From Marsupella aquatica (lineage: Eukaryota; Plantae; Marchantiophyta): a stretch of DNA of 64,000 nt. Position numbers and translations under genes: made by a program. The notes under the pieces were generated by a model that ran no database searches, was not told where the DNA came from, and was given only the letters and a program-made list of their open reading frames with translations. The stretch lies in the NCBI GenBank assembly GCA_973895155.1, contig OZ316891.1, positions 1,665,324-1,729,323 of the forward strand, given 5' to 3'. Below, piece by piece: positions 37,029 through 49,686 of the stretch; positions within the stretch are counted from its first letter, which is position 1, and each line of letters opens with the position of its first letter.

Positions 37029-37511
37029 ACCGGCAAGAGAGATATCTCACAAATGGACAGACCGGCAAGAGAGATATCTCACAAATGGACAGCCAGTTAA
37101 GGTATCTTTCTGAACTGAAGGTCAACTGATGGACAGCCAATTAGAGGTGCTGCATCCAAGGTACAACTTATCCTACAATGATGAGGGCACTCAAAGGTGC
37201 ATCAAAAGTGAGACACAAATGATTTCGGTTGTCTACTTCTTTTCAGAGAAATAATGATATGATCATCCACCAGTACACAGGTTTGATTACGTGGTGGTTC
37301 TATGAGAGGTTGGCCGCAGTTGTGATGTTTTGCCCACCAAACAAACTGGAGAACGACTTCTTGTTGCAAAAATAGATTCTGGACTATATAAATAGAACTT
37401 TTGAAATGAACTTCATATGAATGCAAATCCCTTGAATGAAGGAAAATTCAAATGAATGCAACCCTTGAATGAAGGAAACTACAAATGAATGCAAATCCCT
37501 TGAATGAAGGA
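37029..37511. repeat. Two short tandem repeats (about 32 bp x2 near 37029-37094; about 33 bp x3 near 37418-37511)
   Basis: accggcaagagagatatctcacaaatggacag twice; gaatgcaaatcccttgaatgaagga three times. Confidence 0.8.
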
Positions 37512-38010
37512 CCAAAGTTTGCAAATGTTTTCCCCTTTGGAGGTAGTCTATAATTCTTGACAAAATAAACATTCCACATCAGCATACACTTTTCTCTACA
37601 ATTAGCCATGTAGGATAGGTAAACACCATACATGATGAATGGGCCCCAGTTTTAATAAGGCCACACATGATGAAGACAATGCCCCCACATATGGTAAAGC
37701 CACCCGCAAAGCCATCCTTCAGTCATCCCTCTGAATGACATGCAGTAAGGGACAATTGTTTTGCATTGTTATGCTTGCGGGTCCTAATGACAAAGTCAAC
37801 AATCACAGAGAGCTGGTGGAGAGGTTCAAAGGACCAGTGCTCTTGTGACTCATTTGCACTTTATTTGTTTTTTGCAATTACTTCAGCTTAAGGCAACATT
37901 CCAGATGGCAAACTATGGCTTTCCATCCTCTTCTTTACCTCACAATTTGGCACATAATGATCTTAAACCTCCAAAAATGATCACTTAGAATTTTAGAACA
38001 ATGGTTAAAT

Positions 38011-38608
38011 CTGGGTTTGTACTTGTTGGACAAATAGGGCCATTTGGGGTGACAAATGAATATGTCGCCCTGGTCGATCCCGGCCGAGTGACAGATCAGG
38101 CCGGGAGAAGGGTCGGGGGTTTGGCCGGGTCGGGCCAGGGGATCGGCTAGGGGGGGTGGCGGGTGTCGGGCCGCGCGGTCGGGGGGAAGAGCCAGGCCGG
38201 GCCGGGCTGGGAAATAGCCGGGCCAGGAAGGTTTAGGAGGAGTTCGGGACCGGGCCGGGAGGGTTCAGGAAAGTCTGGGCCGGGGGGGAGGGTCGGGGGT
38301 GTCGGGCTGGTCGGGGGGAGAGCCGGGCCGGGAAAGAGCCGGGCCGGGAAGGGAAGGGAAGGGAGGCCAGACCGGGACAACACAGCCGGGACGGGAATAG
38401 GCAGCCGGGCCGGGAAGGTTTAGGAGGAGTCCGGACCGGGCTGGGAGGGTTCGGGAAAGTCTGTGACCGGGCCGGGGATGGGTCAGGAAGTTTTGGTCCT
38501 GACCGAGGAATATAAGGGAATATTGGACAAATAGGCCATTTTTGCGCAGACAAATTGTCATTTGTAGTGTCGGAAAAGTAGGCATCTTGTCCGACAGTGA
38601 AAACTCGG
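38011..38608. mobile_element. hAT MITE related to the 9.8-kb element
   Basis: Perfect 8-bp TSD GGTTAAAT (38003-38010, 38609-38616); ends ctgggttt / aaactcgg; internal gccgggccggg arrays. Confidence 0.85.
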
Positions 38609-40282
38609 GGTTAAATTGTTCACAGCAATAAGCTTGTCCATTCTCCTCTTGGCCAGAACTGACACAACATGCAGTAGCAGCCGATGACACCTGAATGCTC
38701 TATCTATAACCTCAAGTCATCAAGCATATGGAGGACCGTATGAACTGCGCATCATTGTTTGCTGCGCTGCAATAGGAGTACCGCCAAACAGAGCTTTAAA
38801 TAGACTGCACATGTTCTTGAAGTTGATGAGCTTCAAGGTGAAAGAGGGTTTAGGACCACATCAATGACTTTGACAACCTTGTAGTTGACTTGTAGACTTT
38901 CTAGGAGGAATTGAATGATGAAAGGAAGAACCATTACCTTCTTAGGTAGATTTTTCCCATCTTTGTACTAGTTAGTCTTACCCACATGCTATTTCATCGT
39001 GATAGGACGACCATCATATAGTGAGGTGGTGAGTGCTTTGTGGATTGGTGATTGCCTTGTTGATTGGTGATGTGTAAAAAATTGACTCAGTCCTCACAAC
39101 CATCAACATCGCCTGGCGCTGTCTCAATGTGCATTGTGATGGATCCCAATGACAAACAAAATGGACAAAAGTAAATCAATTCAGGACCAAATTCCATTAC
39201 AGGGGAAAGTCAATAAGGAGGTCAATGGTTTCTTGGATATGTCACAAGCCTGCTCACATTGAGAAGGATTGTCCAGGAGATAAGGAAACTAACCACAAAA
39301 TCAGCTTCTTCACCAAATGTGGCATCCGCTGAAGCAAAATCTAATTTACTCATGATGCAAAGAGTGGGCCTCGTGCACTTTATATATGGGAGGAGATGAG
39401 TGAATTCTCAACTGTGCTCATTCTTATCATATTTTATTTAGTATTTGTGAATTTTTCCGCTGCATTAGGTTTGAGGGAGTCCCATATCATGCGCAAAGTG
39501 TGTGGGTAACAAACACCTTAAAACAAGAAGAAATAAGTCTCATTTACCCCTAAATTAAAATTAATATTAGAACCTCTATAATTCATATAAAAAAATTGGA
39601 TTAAACATCCCTCATGTTCAATTTTTTGACAAAACTTTTGAAGTAATTTCACGCAATCAAATTAACAAACTTCTAACTTGTTTGCGCACGATGGGTCAGA
39701 AGAAAATAAGTGAGAACCTTGAAGCATCAACTAGTTCAATTTTGATGGGGTTGATTATCATTGTTAGATTGTGAGAATTGGATCTAGGATGAAGATTTAA
39801 ATGTTTGATGATGCTGTGCATAGAGTGCCGGTGCAAGCATATTCATAACAGTGTGAATTTTATTTCTCTTGAAATTTTGGGTGAAACTCGTGTGCTCGCG
39901 TCGTGTCATGAGAAACAATGATTTTTAAAAGGAGCAGACAAAAGATGCATGCGTCATAGGCATTACTATGTGTAAAGAATAATGTTTCTAAATATCAGGA
40001 AACACAACAAGGAAAAAGATTTACCAGGCCAAAATATGATGAGAAAATGGTTTACATGGAGTATCATAACTAAATGTGAGCTAATAAAAAACATATACAT
40101 ACTATTTACAGAAAAGGGCCAAACAGAGTACAAAAGAAAAAACAAGAGAGGTCCCAAGTGGACATAACCAAACTCAAAAGAAGGGAGCAAATGGATTCAA
40201 CCCCTAAAAACCAAGAAAGAGGAACTAAAACTATTGCAAATGGACCAAGGTCCTCATCATTCCTAGCAAATGTGGCAAAAAG

Positions 40283-43200
40283 CTAATGGTCTACATCAAG
40301 TGTCAAAACAAAATCGTCAAGTGGGACTGGAATGTCCTCTAGGGGGGCTAGCCGATGCGGAGTCACACTAGCACCCATTGTCAGAGATCGACAATAGATG
40401 GCCCGAGCTTGAGCACACTGTAAGGTGACTGAAATGCGTTGGCAAAAGTGCATGATCAAAACAGATAGCTGGGGTCCGGTAGGACCCATCCGGCCATGAA
40501 CATCCCGAGCAGCTTGCCAAAGAAGCCCGTCAAACTGATGATGGAGACGCCCAAATATCTCAAGAGCAAGGGGGAGGAAGCTATCAGATGAAGCTTGTGC
40601 AACATATTTGGCCTCCTTCGTTATTGCTGCTCGTGATGCTGCTGCCCCTGCCGTTGTTGCCGCTGTCCCAATGATGTCTTGGCGCAATGGGTTTGCCACC
40701 ACTACATCTGCCAAAGTACGTTGACGCTCACAAATCATGGTAGGATCCACCCGTAACCACTGTGATGGAGGACTGGGTAACTCAAGCACCACCTCCCACT
40801 GCGCACAGACCAAAGAGCCAGAGAGAACTTGAGCAGTCGCATCTCTCACAACATCGTGAACAAAAATGGTTTCACCTCCCAAACTTTACCGAAGAAGATG
40901 GACACCTGTGGCATCACAAGGCTTCCCACAAGTGCAAGAAGGAGGTAAACCAGCAAGAAGTGGGTGGGGTAAGCCCATACAAAGACGCATGGCTATCGCA
41001 AACTCTGCTGAAGATATCCGCAGGTGAGGAATGATTGGATTGGCCTAAAGCCATCCTCCTGCTCCCTTCCCTCCAGAAGAAAGAATCCGAGCTTGGCCCA
41101 TGTCAGGTGCCTTGGTGAGGATGTTGGAGAGGGTGAAAGCGTGTTGTCCGAGGTCTACTTGAAGACGGACGGGGTCCAAGGATAAAAACTCCTGAAATGA
41201 AGGTAATGCAACTAAGACAGGATCTGGTAATGATGACCGCGCCGCGCGCAAATGAACCTGAAATGGGATGGAACCCTCCTCTACCTCCATGAGAGACGAA
41301 AGTAAAAAAGGTCAATCCTCAGTAAGGAAACGATCTGCCAACAATGAGAAGGCGGCCACCCACGCGCCCAAAAGGCCAAAGGTGCAAGGCGCTCAGTGGA
41401 AGTAAGCCCAAAACCACCCTGAGAAATATGAAGACTGAGCTGTCGACGAAGCCATGAAGATGAGAGCAAAGTACCTAGCCCTAAAAGCGAGGCCACAGTC
41501 TCACGAATGGAGACATCAAACGCTCGGAGGTGTAGATAAAGATCCTTGGTAGGGGGATGTGCTTGAGCCAAATAGGACGCGAGGGGGTGGACGCATCTCA
41601 ACAACAACCCAAATGTTGCCTGAGAATCTGCTAACTTAGGGAGCATAGGAGTAGGGGCTAAGGCAGCCTGTAGAGCGTCAGCAATGAAAGATGAGCAAAA
41701 TGAGACAATCCCGACTGGAGAGCCAAGGACCCAAAGACCGTCGATTGGACGTAAGAAACAAGGGGGAAGCGCAAGATCAGAGGGTAACCCAGCTGGACTC
41801 TATGCACGACTCTTCATAGGCTGAACCCGTAAACCAAGGCCCAACAAATGGGTGAAAAGGGTGGTGAGGGCAAAAGTAACCACAACGGGTGGACCAATGA
41901 TATCGGTGTCATCTGAAAGGAAGGGGAAGATACACAGGGGGTGGGCCGCGGAGGCTTCCCGTAAAGCTGTAAAATGGGCAATGGCAAAAAGAGGCCCACC
42001 CAAAGGGTCACCCTGACGTGTACCTTCTGTAGAGAAAGAGTGGTATACACTCCTATAGAGGTGTGATGACTATAGAAGAGGGGGGCCTTGAGTCCATAAA
42101 AACAACGGACAAAGGGGATAAGGGACTGGATGTCTAGATCCGCCGCCCTCAAACCACAAAAAATTGCTGCCCAAGAAACCGTATTGAAAGCATTAGAGAC
42201 ATCAACCTGGAGGACAACGCAATCAATTAGGTGGAGGTCCAAGGTAGCACGAATACCCACAATAATTGTCTCACAACCGCCAAGAACGCCCACTTCAAAT
42301 TGATGTGGAGAGAGATGATCCGATAGTGCAGAGCAATACTGCGATGAAAGTGTGCAAGACACAAGCCGAAGAAAAACCTCTCCTATAGCTATGGGCCAAA
42401 TACCCGGTGAAGACTTAGCCATGGCCAATAAACGAGAGGCAAACAGCCGGCTGCAATATACTGGCAAAAGGAGAAGAAAACTGGAAAACTAGACTGAGGA
42501 TCCTCGGGGAGGATTAAATCATAAAAATGCTCAAAGACATAGCCAGAGGGACCACCAGCCGTGCAACGCGGGGCATGGAGGAAAGCATAGGTGAAGTGGT
42601 CCCTACTAAACTGAAGATCCTCCTCAGGCTTAAAATCCTCCACGAACAAAGGGAGCTGATCATAGGGTTGCGGATGAAGATCCTGAACGGCCGTCAAGGT
42701 GACCTCGCCAGGGGGGCTGGTTGTTAAGGATTGCTCTTAGTCTTGTGACTCAAAGGTTATGACTCAAGGTTAGTCGTGTATGACCTTGCATATACCACGG
42801 CTAGTGTAAGCCGCTGGTATGTGGTGTTTGCTCATTGTAATAGAGCAACTTGAGGAAGAGAGAGAGCTTGTGTGTTCGACTACTCTGAAGTAAAGTTGGA
42901 GTGTTTGTGTGGACGTAGCCTTGGAGAAGAGGTGAACCACATATGGATTGTGTCGGCTACATGTGCATGGTATGAGTTATGATTGTATCATGATGAAGGA
43001 AGATGTTATACTTCAACACTGGTGTGGTGGGAGAAAGGGCCTGGACAGCACAATGATATTCACCAGCCTGGGGTAAATGACAAGAGCGATGAAGGCATCT
43101 ATGCTCTGGAGGATGAGAGTGGCGAGCTGGGTTAGACAAAGCACGGGCGGTAAAGGAACAGGCTTGAAGAAAGTACTCTTCCTGAAGCTGTTCCCAATCT

Positions 43201-43440
43201 CCCCGCAGAAAATGATGGATACGAGAGGCAGTCTCACGGTGACCCACGCAACCACCATGACTAGGGAGGGTAAGAGTCCACTATGTAAAAAACATGTCTT
43301 GAGTAAAGACCAGTAAGAGACCTCTATAGGATGCGCCAAGATAAGCTGCATGAGTTACAACAAGGATGACCAAACTGTTGGGCGCAACGCTAGTGGGATG
43401 TGGTTATAAAGGCGAGGTCTAATGTGAGCTAATGATCCAT
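40283..43440 (-). mobile_element. CRE-like non-LTR retrotransposon (RT plus RLE), degenerate
   Basis: GIWPIAIGEVFLRL, PHQFEVG...GGCE, LQVDVSNAFN, GTRQGDPLG, SDD (decayed YxDD), LHISQGGFGL, HDVVRD, ADVVVANP, KEAKY, FLPLALEIFG; multiple frameshifts and stops. Confidence 0.9.
42722..43018. mobile_element. Solo LTR (297 bp, copia-like) nested in the CRE-like element
   Basis: ctggt|TGTTAAG...CTTCAACA|ctggt: TG...CA ends, short inverted termini, perfect 5-bp TSD; gtggacgtagcc...gtgaaccac motif common in plant copia LTRs. Confidence 0.85.
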
Positions 43441-46226
43441 ATCTAAAATAGTAACCAAGCTTGAACTTATGATCCGCACCAAGTCTTGTAACTATGTCTC
43501 CTAGTGGGACACTCGGTGGGACATGGATTCCTCTAGGAGGTAAAGTTTGAATTTACAGGTTAATTTGTTTCACTATCATTCCTCTAAAGTTAAGTATGCT
43601 CATGGCATGTGATCACTCTTAGGTTGTGACTTCATTATAACTGAATTAGTATACATATGTTGTATTAAATTTGTGTAAAAAGTGCCAAACTTTGGAACCA
43701 CCCAACAAAAGTCACCAGCAAAAAACAGAAAGTAGTAGGGCAAAAGTTATGGAGTATGAATGTGTTAGTGGTTTTCAGGGATTTGAGTTTTGAGGTTTGA
43801 GACCCCCTATTGAATCATGCCCGTGAGCTCTATGGTAAAAAGTTGATGGATGCAACTTTTTGATGGAAAGTTCTTCCCCATTGTAAAGTCACATCCTGCA
43901 GTAAAGGTGAAGAGGTTGAAGCCAGCCCACCTTCCAATTCAAAGAGGACTGGGGACCTGGAAATTTGTTTTGCACATGGAGCCTGACATGGAGTAGGGGT
44001 CTCAAGTATGAGACTGCGGACGTGTATGGCTTGCCCGGGACAGGGCCGAAATGGACTTCCGCAAAAGCGTGCAAGATTCTGAATCTGATCGAGTCAATTG
44101 TTTCCGTGACCGTTTTGGTGTGTGAGTGAACCCGACAACATTCGCTTCTCAAGAAGCCCGACACTGCACAAGTGTCCGACTCCCCGATTTCAAAAACTTT
44201 CCTTTGGGGTGGGCCGGTTCAAATACTCAACTTGTTTACTTGCGGAGTCCATACATGGTGACTGGGCACACATAGCGGACCCAGGGCTATTCTAGTTTCC
44301 TCCATAAGTTGCAGCAAATTTGACTCCCATTAAAAAAACCAAAAACAACGCACTGTCACACTTTGTAGATTGCACGATAGTCACACTTTGTAGATTGCAC
44401 GATCACAGACTGTACAGTGCATATTTCTTCATGGTCCACAGAATCAAACGGCCAGGCTATCATTATTGCCATGGGAAGGGACAGAGACCATTGATTAACG
44501 TCCACTGATTCCCAAGACCACTGATTCCTTGTATCGTGCAAATAGGCAGTCTCAAAGTTGACAAGTTCAATGACCTGAAATCCCGAATCTCAAGTAATGG
44601 ACACACAAAGTTAGAGACTACAAAATTCTTAGTCCATAACTTTGTGCCATAAGGACTGGTTGTGTGTCATTACCATCAGTCAAGGTAGAGGAAGAAAAAA
44701 AAAAAAAATTCTGGAAACTTGTGAAAAAGTTATGACCAGTCCTTTATGGTCAAACAATGTCATCATGCGTAATTCTGAAGAAGCTTTGAGATACCCTAAT
44801 GTAGCATCTTGAGGATAGTGGCTTTTGTCGTCAAAAGTTGGCAATCTATTGATAGATTGCATGCTAAACTAAAGGGTATTCTGTAGCCCGAGTTGGGGAG
44901 CAACCCTGCTCGGGCTTGGATTCTATTTCGTTCCCAAAAAAACAGAAGCGAAAAAGTCTGCGTATTGCTTACATTGATGGAGGTGAGAATTCTCATGTGG
45001 AACGAATTCTGCGCTTTTCATCTATCTTTTCGGGAATTCTAAGCAAAAGTTTCAGCAGTTACATTCGTGAGTTGGACTTCCCTGTACTTTCCAGATGGAA
45101 AGCTACAGTATATCATTCTCGAGCCAGGTCGGTGAACGAGAATATGAAGGAAAGCGCAACCCGTGGTAAATTGACAACTGAATTGCAGCTGTTTTGAGTG
45201 TAACGTTTATGTCTCACCTCACCTCAGTTGAACACGTACCAAGGGAAGAGATTGTCCAAGGATGTGCCTTCGCTGGCGGTTATGTGGGTCCTGGGCAGCA
45301 AAAAGTGTTCTGAAGTATGAAAAACAGATTTCGAATAAGAAAATTAATATTTCAAGTGTGGTGAACCCACGTAAATTCTCCACCCAAAAATTAGACCGAC
45401 ACACTCAGTGAAATGAGCTTTAAAGTTGTTTCTTTTATCCCCACTTTTATTTGTTTAGTCTGAGAAAATGTGAATCTCTCTATAAAGAGGGAAACGACAA
45501 TTGTGTGTGGAGGCTACTCGTGCCAGGTCGATGAGGAAGGTAAGGATAGGGAGGCAAAACCCTAAATTGCAGGATTGGCAAGGAATGTATCCACGTAATT
45601 CATTACCTAAGAAACGGATATCGTTGTTTGTCCTCCCAAGTCGACCCGGTGCCATCAATTATTTGATTTATTTCTCTTGTTGTTTCTGGTTCCACAATGA
45701 TTATGAGTTTTGCTGTACATTACTAACGTACACTACGTCACTTTTCTAAAGATGCTGTAGATCTTTGGATTACTTTGGCAAATTGGTAAAAAACTTCATC
45801 TGCGTATTAGTAAACATTTTATTTTGTAAAAGCTTTCGCCATCCCCTTCAGGCGGGCTTTCCCTTGTGCGGGCCCCCTGTATGTCGTATGTCGTTATAAT
45901 GAATGGAATTCAAAGTTATCTTTGAAAACTTGCGCCAGAGCACATAATTTTTTATCAAAAGTACCATATACTAACTATGAGACTGAATGAGACCTTTGGA
46001 AGGAATCTTTCCAAATTTCTGAGACAAGAGTTCGCACTGTGACACCGCAGACTTGCATGCATAATTATGGTGAGTAGAAGATTCGAAGACGAGAGATAGG
46101 CTAGTAAAAACGAATAATTAGATAGGGTAGGACAAAATGGTTTCCCTTAGCAGCCGGACACGATACAGTCCTGAGCCATGTTTTCTTCACGACGGAATTT
46201 GCTAAACCAATGCACGAACCTGTACT

Positions 46227-46811
46227 TAACCATGTTACAGGTTTTTACTAAACTATCTCCCAAACTGATGGTTGTTACTTTTTTATTTAAATTTTTGTTT
46301 ACTACGTTGTTACTAACACCCCCCATCCAACTAAATTATTTATTAAATTACCCCCCAAATAATATTGTGTTACTTTAAACCCAAATACTTGACCACACTG
46401 CATTCCCATTGGCTGTCAAGCAACCAGAGTTCATGACCTAAGGTGAAGCTAACCCGCATCCACTTTCACACAGTCCATAGCCTTGTTGGGGCCTGAGGTG
46501 CAGTGCAACTTCAGGGCCCCACTTGGACCTAAGTACGACCGGGGCCCAAGTCGCAGCCCTTGTTTTCTTTGGAAAACAGCACCAGAATTTTGGCTTTTTT
46601 TTTTAGGTGTAAGAGTTCTGGCCCGAACATCGAATGTGAAGGGCCGGCAATGGAAGAGAGGGATCGGGGCAACTCTGGTTGCTTGACAGCCAAAGTAGTT
46701 GAGTTAGAAGCCACAGGATACACTCCTTTTTTTGTGTGGGGGGGGGGGCAGGTTTGTAATAAGGATCAGTTTGGGGGGGGGGGTAGTTTAGTAAAGAGCT
46801 GAACTAGGTTA
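46227..46811. mobile_element. Degenerate MITE-like element with about 50-bp TIRs and internal hairpins
   Basis: taaccatgttacaggtttttactaaactatctcccaaactgat is inverted at atcagtttggggggggggtagtttagtaaagagctgaactaggtta; GC hairpins near 46488-46551. Confidence 0.55.
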
Positions 46812-47264
46812 TGCCAATTGACTTGAAGTACATTTGTTAAACTTTCATTGCTCCTGTTTTGCTCTATCTACTGTATTTCCTGTCCTACTCATTTGTGCCT
46901 CTAGTCAATACTGTTTTTGTTTGGCTTGGAAATCACTGCCCTGATTATTGTACAATTATACACTTCTGCACGACGTGTAGTTGTAGCGTGCGAGCAGCAA
47001 GTAAAAACTTCATGATACAGGGCCTCGCAACCTCATAGGAGGAAAAAACCCTAAACATAAACCATTTCACTAGCAAACTTAATTCCTAGCTACCCAGAAC
47101 CTTATTTTGAACTATCTTGAGTTTTGTGTCATTTTTTTGTACAGCCCAATTAGCGGGCCAATTAGGGACAACTTTTTGGCTGGCCAAATCAATAGCCAGA
47201 GGAAAGTGAATCCCGGATGGATTGCCATGTTGGACAAAGTTGCTCCCGTGGATCACATTTTGGC

Positions 47265-47439
47265 TGTCGTGATATATAGTATTGAAGCCATAGTGTATCG
47301 AAAACATACAGTCACCGGCAAGGCATATGTGCAAGCTGCTAGCAACCAACATGCATAGAAAAAGTCCAATCACATTCACAAGTGCCAAAAAAAAGCAAAT
47401 GAAGTGGTATGTACGTAGTGGAGGTGTAAACCTCTGTAT
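47265..47439 (-). repeat. Terminal repeat a2 (175 bp)
   Basis: Matches 47801-47975 with about 4 substitutions by eye. Confidence 0.95.
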
Positions 47440-47798
47440 AATAAAAGGCATAAGAGAAACAAGCGTACTGAAATCGAATCAAAAACCGGCGGGATGCCAA
47501 GATTGGCCGGAGGCATCTAACGAATCACTGTGTGAATCTCGTGTACGGAACCGACGAGCACTGTCTGAGCTCTGTCAACAGCGATTCAAGAAGAACTAAA
47601 AACCAACAAAGAAAGACATGCCCTAAGCAAGCAAAGTCCTGGCGTCACACTAACAAGCACATTTGCTTCAAGAACGGCCTAGACTTGCTACAAGAACATG
47701 TCGCTAACTCAGGTAGTACACTAGCCCTAACTACATACCTAGCGGGCATGAGAGGGACATGCCGATGTGCATAAGAGGCACTGTCCCTCGGCATGACA
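47440..47798 (-). repeat. Repeat b2 (359 bp)
   Basis: Matches 56863-57221 with about 14 substitutions by eye, mostly transitions. Confidence 0.95.
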
Positions 47799-47800
47799 AC

Positions 47801-47975
47801 TGTCGTGACATATAGTATCGAAGCCATAGTGTATCAAAAACATACAGTCACCGGCAAGGCATATGTGCAAGCTGCTAGCAACCAACATGCATAGAAAAAG
47901 TCCAATCACATTCACAAGTGCCAAGAAAAAGCAAATGAAGTGGTATGTACGTAGTGGAGGTGTAAACCTCTGTAT
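47801..47975 (-). repeat. Internal repeat a1 (175 bp), preceded on the element strand by a G7 tract
   Basis: Copy of 47265-47439; ccccccc at 47976-47982 is a PPT-like run on the minus strand. Confidence 0.95.
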
Positions 47976-48014
47976 CCCCCCCAGACCACAGCCAAAAGGA
48001 GGGCTGAAGAAAAT

Positions 48015-49614
48015 TCAGGTAGCACGTGGAGCACAGGAAGGGCAAAACCATAACCCTTCTGGCACCTGGGTAAGTTCAGGCCGAAGGCAGAAAAGATGGT
48101 ACCCTCCATTGCAATTGTCACACAGCAGCATCTGGTCAGCATCATCAATTTGCAAACACACCTTGCAAGGGTAGTCCATAGGTGGAATCCAAGTAGAAGT
48201 CACAATGGTGGGATCTAGGTTAGGCAGATGACAAGGGGCGCAATTCTTGGCATTGTCAGCAATTGTGCGCCCATCTGCCCCTTGTAACTCTAGCACTCCA
48301 GACGATCGAATAGCTTTAACCCTGAGAATAGTACGATTGGTAGAGGTGTCCAGGGTGTCGTTAGCTTGCCGCTGCAAGTACACAAAATCTCCCACATCAA
48401 ACTTCCTGACCTTGGGCTGAAAAGTGCCCCCTTGTGTGTGTGCATAACGCAGTGTGTCCCTGTGTTGTGCAATGGCCAAATTCTCCATGGCCACGGGCAT
48501 AACCCTCCTGAATAGGGCAGCCCTCTCAGAGATCACATCAGACCAAGTCACAGCTGAATCCAAGTCCACCACCTGAAGTATGTGAGAAGCAATAGCAGAA
48601 GGTGGAACTGGGTGACGACCAAACAACAAGAAGTAGGGAGAAAAGTTAGACAATGATGCATGTCTAGACATCCTATACCCCATGGCAATGTAGGGTAAGG
48701 CCAGGTCCCAATCCTCCTTGTTTTTGTTGAGGCAAATCTTCCGGAGACCCTTCTTGCATGTCTGAACCATGCGCTCTGCCAAGCCATCTGCCTGTGGGTG
48801 ATCTTGTGATGTCCGGCGATGATCAATGAGGGCCTGATCAAGCAGCTCCTAGAACTCTCCATTAAACTCTGAGCCCTGGTCAGTGAGACATTCTGCACAA
48901 GCTCCAAAGCGGCTGAACTTGTTGCAGGAATGCCTGGCTGGTGCTACGGGAGGTCTTATCCGGCAATGCCACAAGTTCTATCCACTTGGAGAAATGCTCT
49001 ATCATGATCATGATGTAGAGATTACCCCAAGACGTGAGGGGTAATTCTCCAGCCAAATCACATGACCAGCGATAAAACATGCCCTGAATAGGGAGTGGAT
49101 GAAGCGGGGGATGAAGTGTGGGTTGTCGAGATGTGAAGGAAGTCCTCCCCCTATCACACTGTTCACACCGGGCAATAACATCTCGAACCTGGCCATGCAT
49201 GCCTCTCCAATGATAATGAGGGACCAAGAGGTTGTAAGTCCTCTTAACACCAAAATGACCAAGCTCAGAATGTACCTTACGGATAAGGCCAACCCTCTCA
49301 TGAATAGGTGGAACCACCACTTCCCTGTCTGGCAAGCAGCGCACGAGATGATCTCCCTTCCACAAGTAGCGCTTGGACCTTTGCTGAATTCGGTCTCTCT
49401 GGGCAGCAGTAACATGTGTGGGGTACTCCCCATACTGTAGAAATCTCAGAGTGTCGCTGTCCTCCCATATGTCCACCACAGGTTGGTCAATAATATAGCA
49501 TGGCAGCAAAGCAAGATAGGTCGATGCATGAAATGTAGGCAGGATAGAAACCTGGTCAAAATCTTGTCGTGCATTTGAGGAATCATCAGAGGTAATCAAA
49601 GGGCTGTGGGACAT
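48015..49614 (-). pseudogene. Gypsy DDE integrase (frameshifted near 48900)
   Basis: HSELGH...CEQC zinc finger; WSCDLAG; IEHFSKW; LTDQGSEF; HPQADGLAER; SPYFLLFGR. Confidence 0.92.
48033..48167 (-). CDS. PHD finger at the C-terminus of integrase
   Basis: CKVCLQIDDADQMLLCDNCNGGYHLFCLRPELTQVPEGLWFCPSC is a complete C4HC3 PHD in ORF 48015..48782. Confidence 0.95.
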
Positions 49615-49686
49615 AGTGTCAGCATTCTAATGTGTCACACCAGGCCTATGAATTACCTCAAAATCATACTCCTGGAGTATGAGCGC

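Noticed and set aside
45223-45311. Exon-like segment on the minus strand (also about 5165-5313)
   Set aside because: Plausible splice sites but no recognisable protein and no linkable neighbouring exons.
47265-47798. Independent solo LTR next to a truncated element
   Set aside because: It has no TSD of its own (tggc vs ac-tg), the TGGC TSD spans the whole 47265-57221 unit, and a1 and b1 complement each other exactly. Not fully excluded without other copies.
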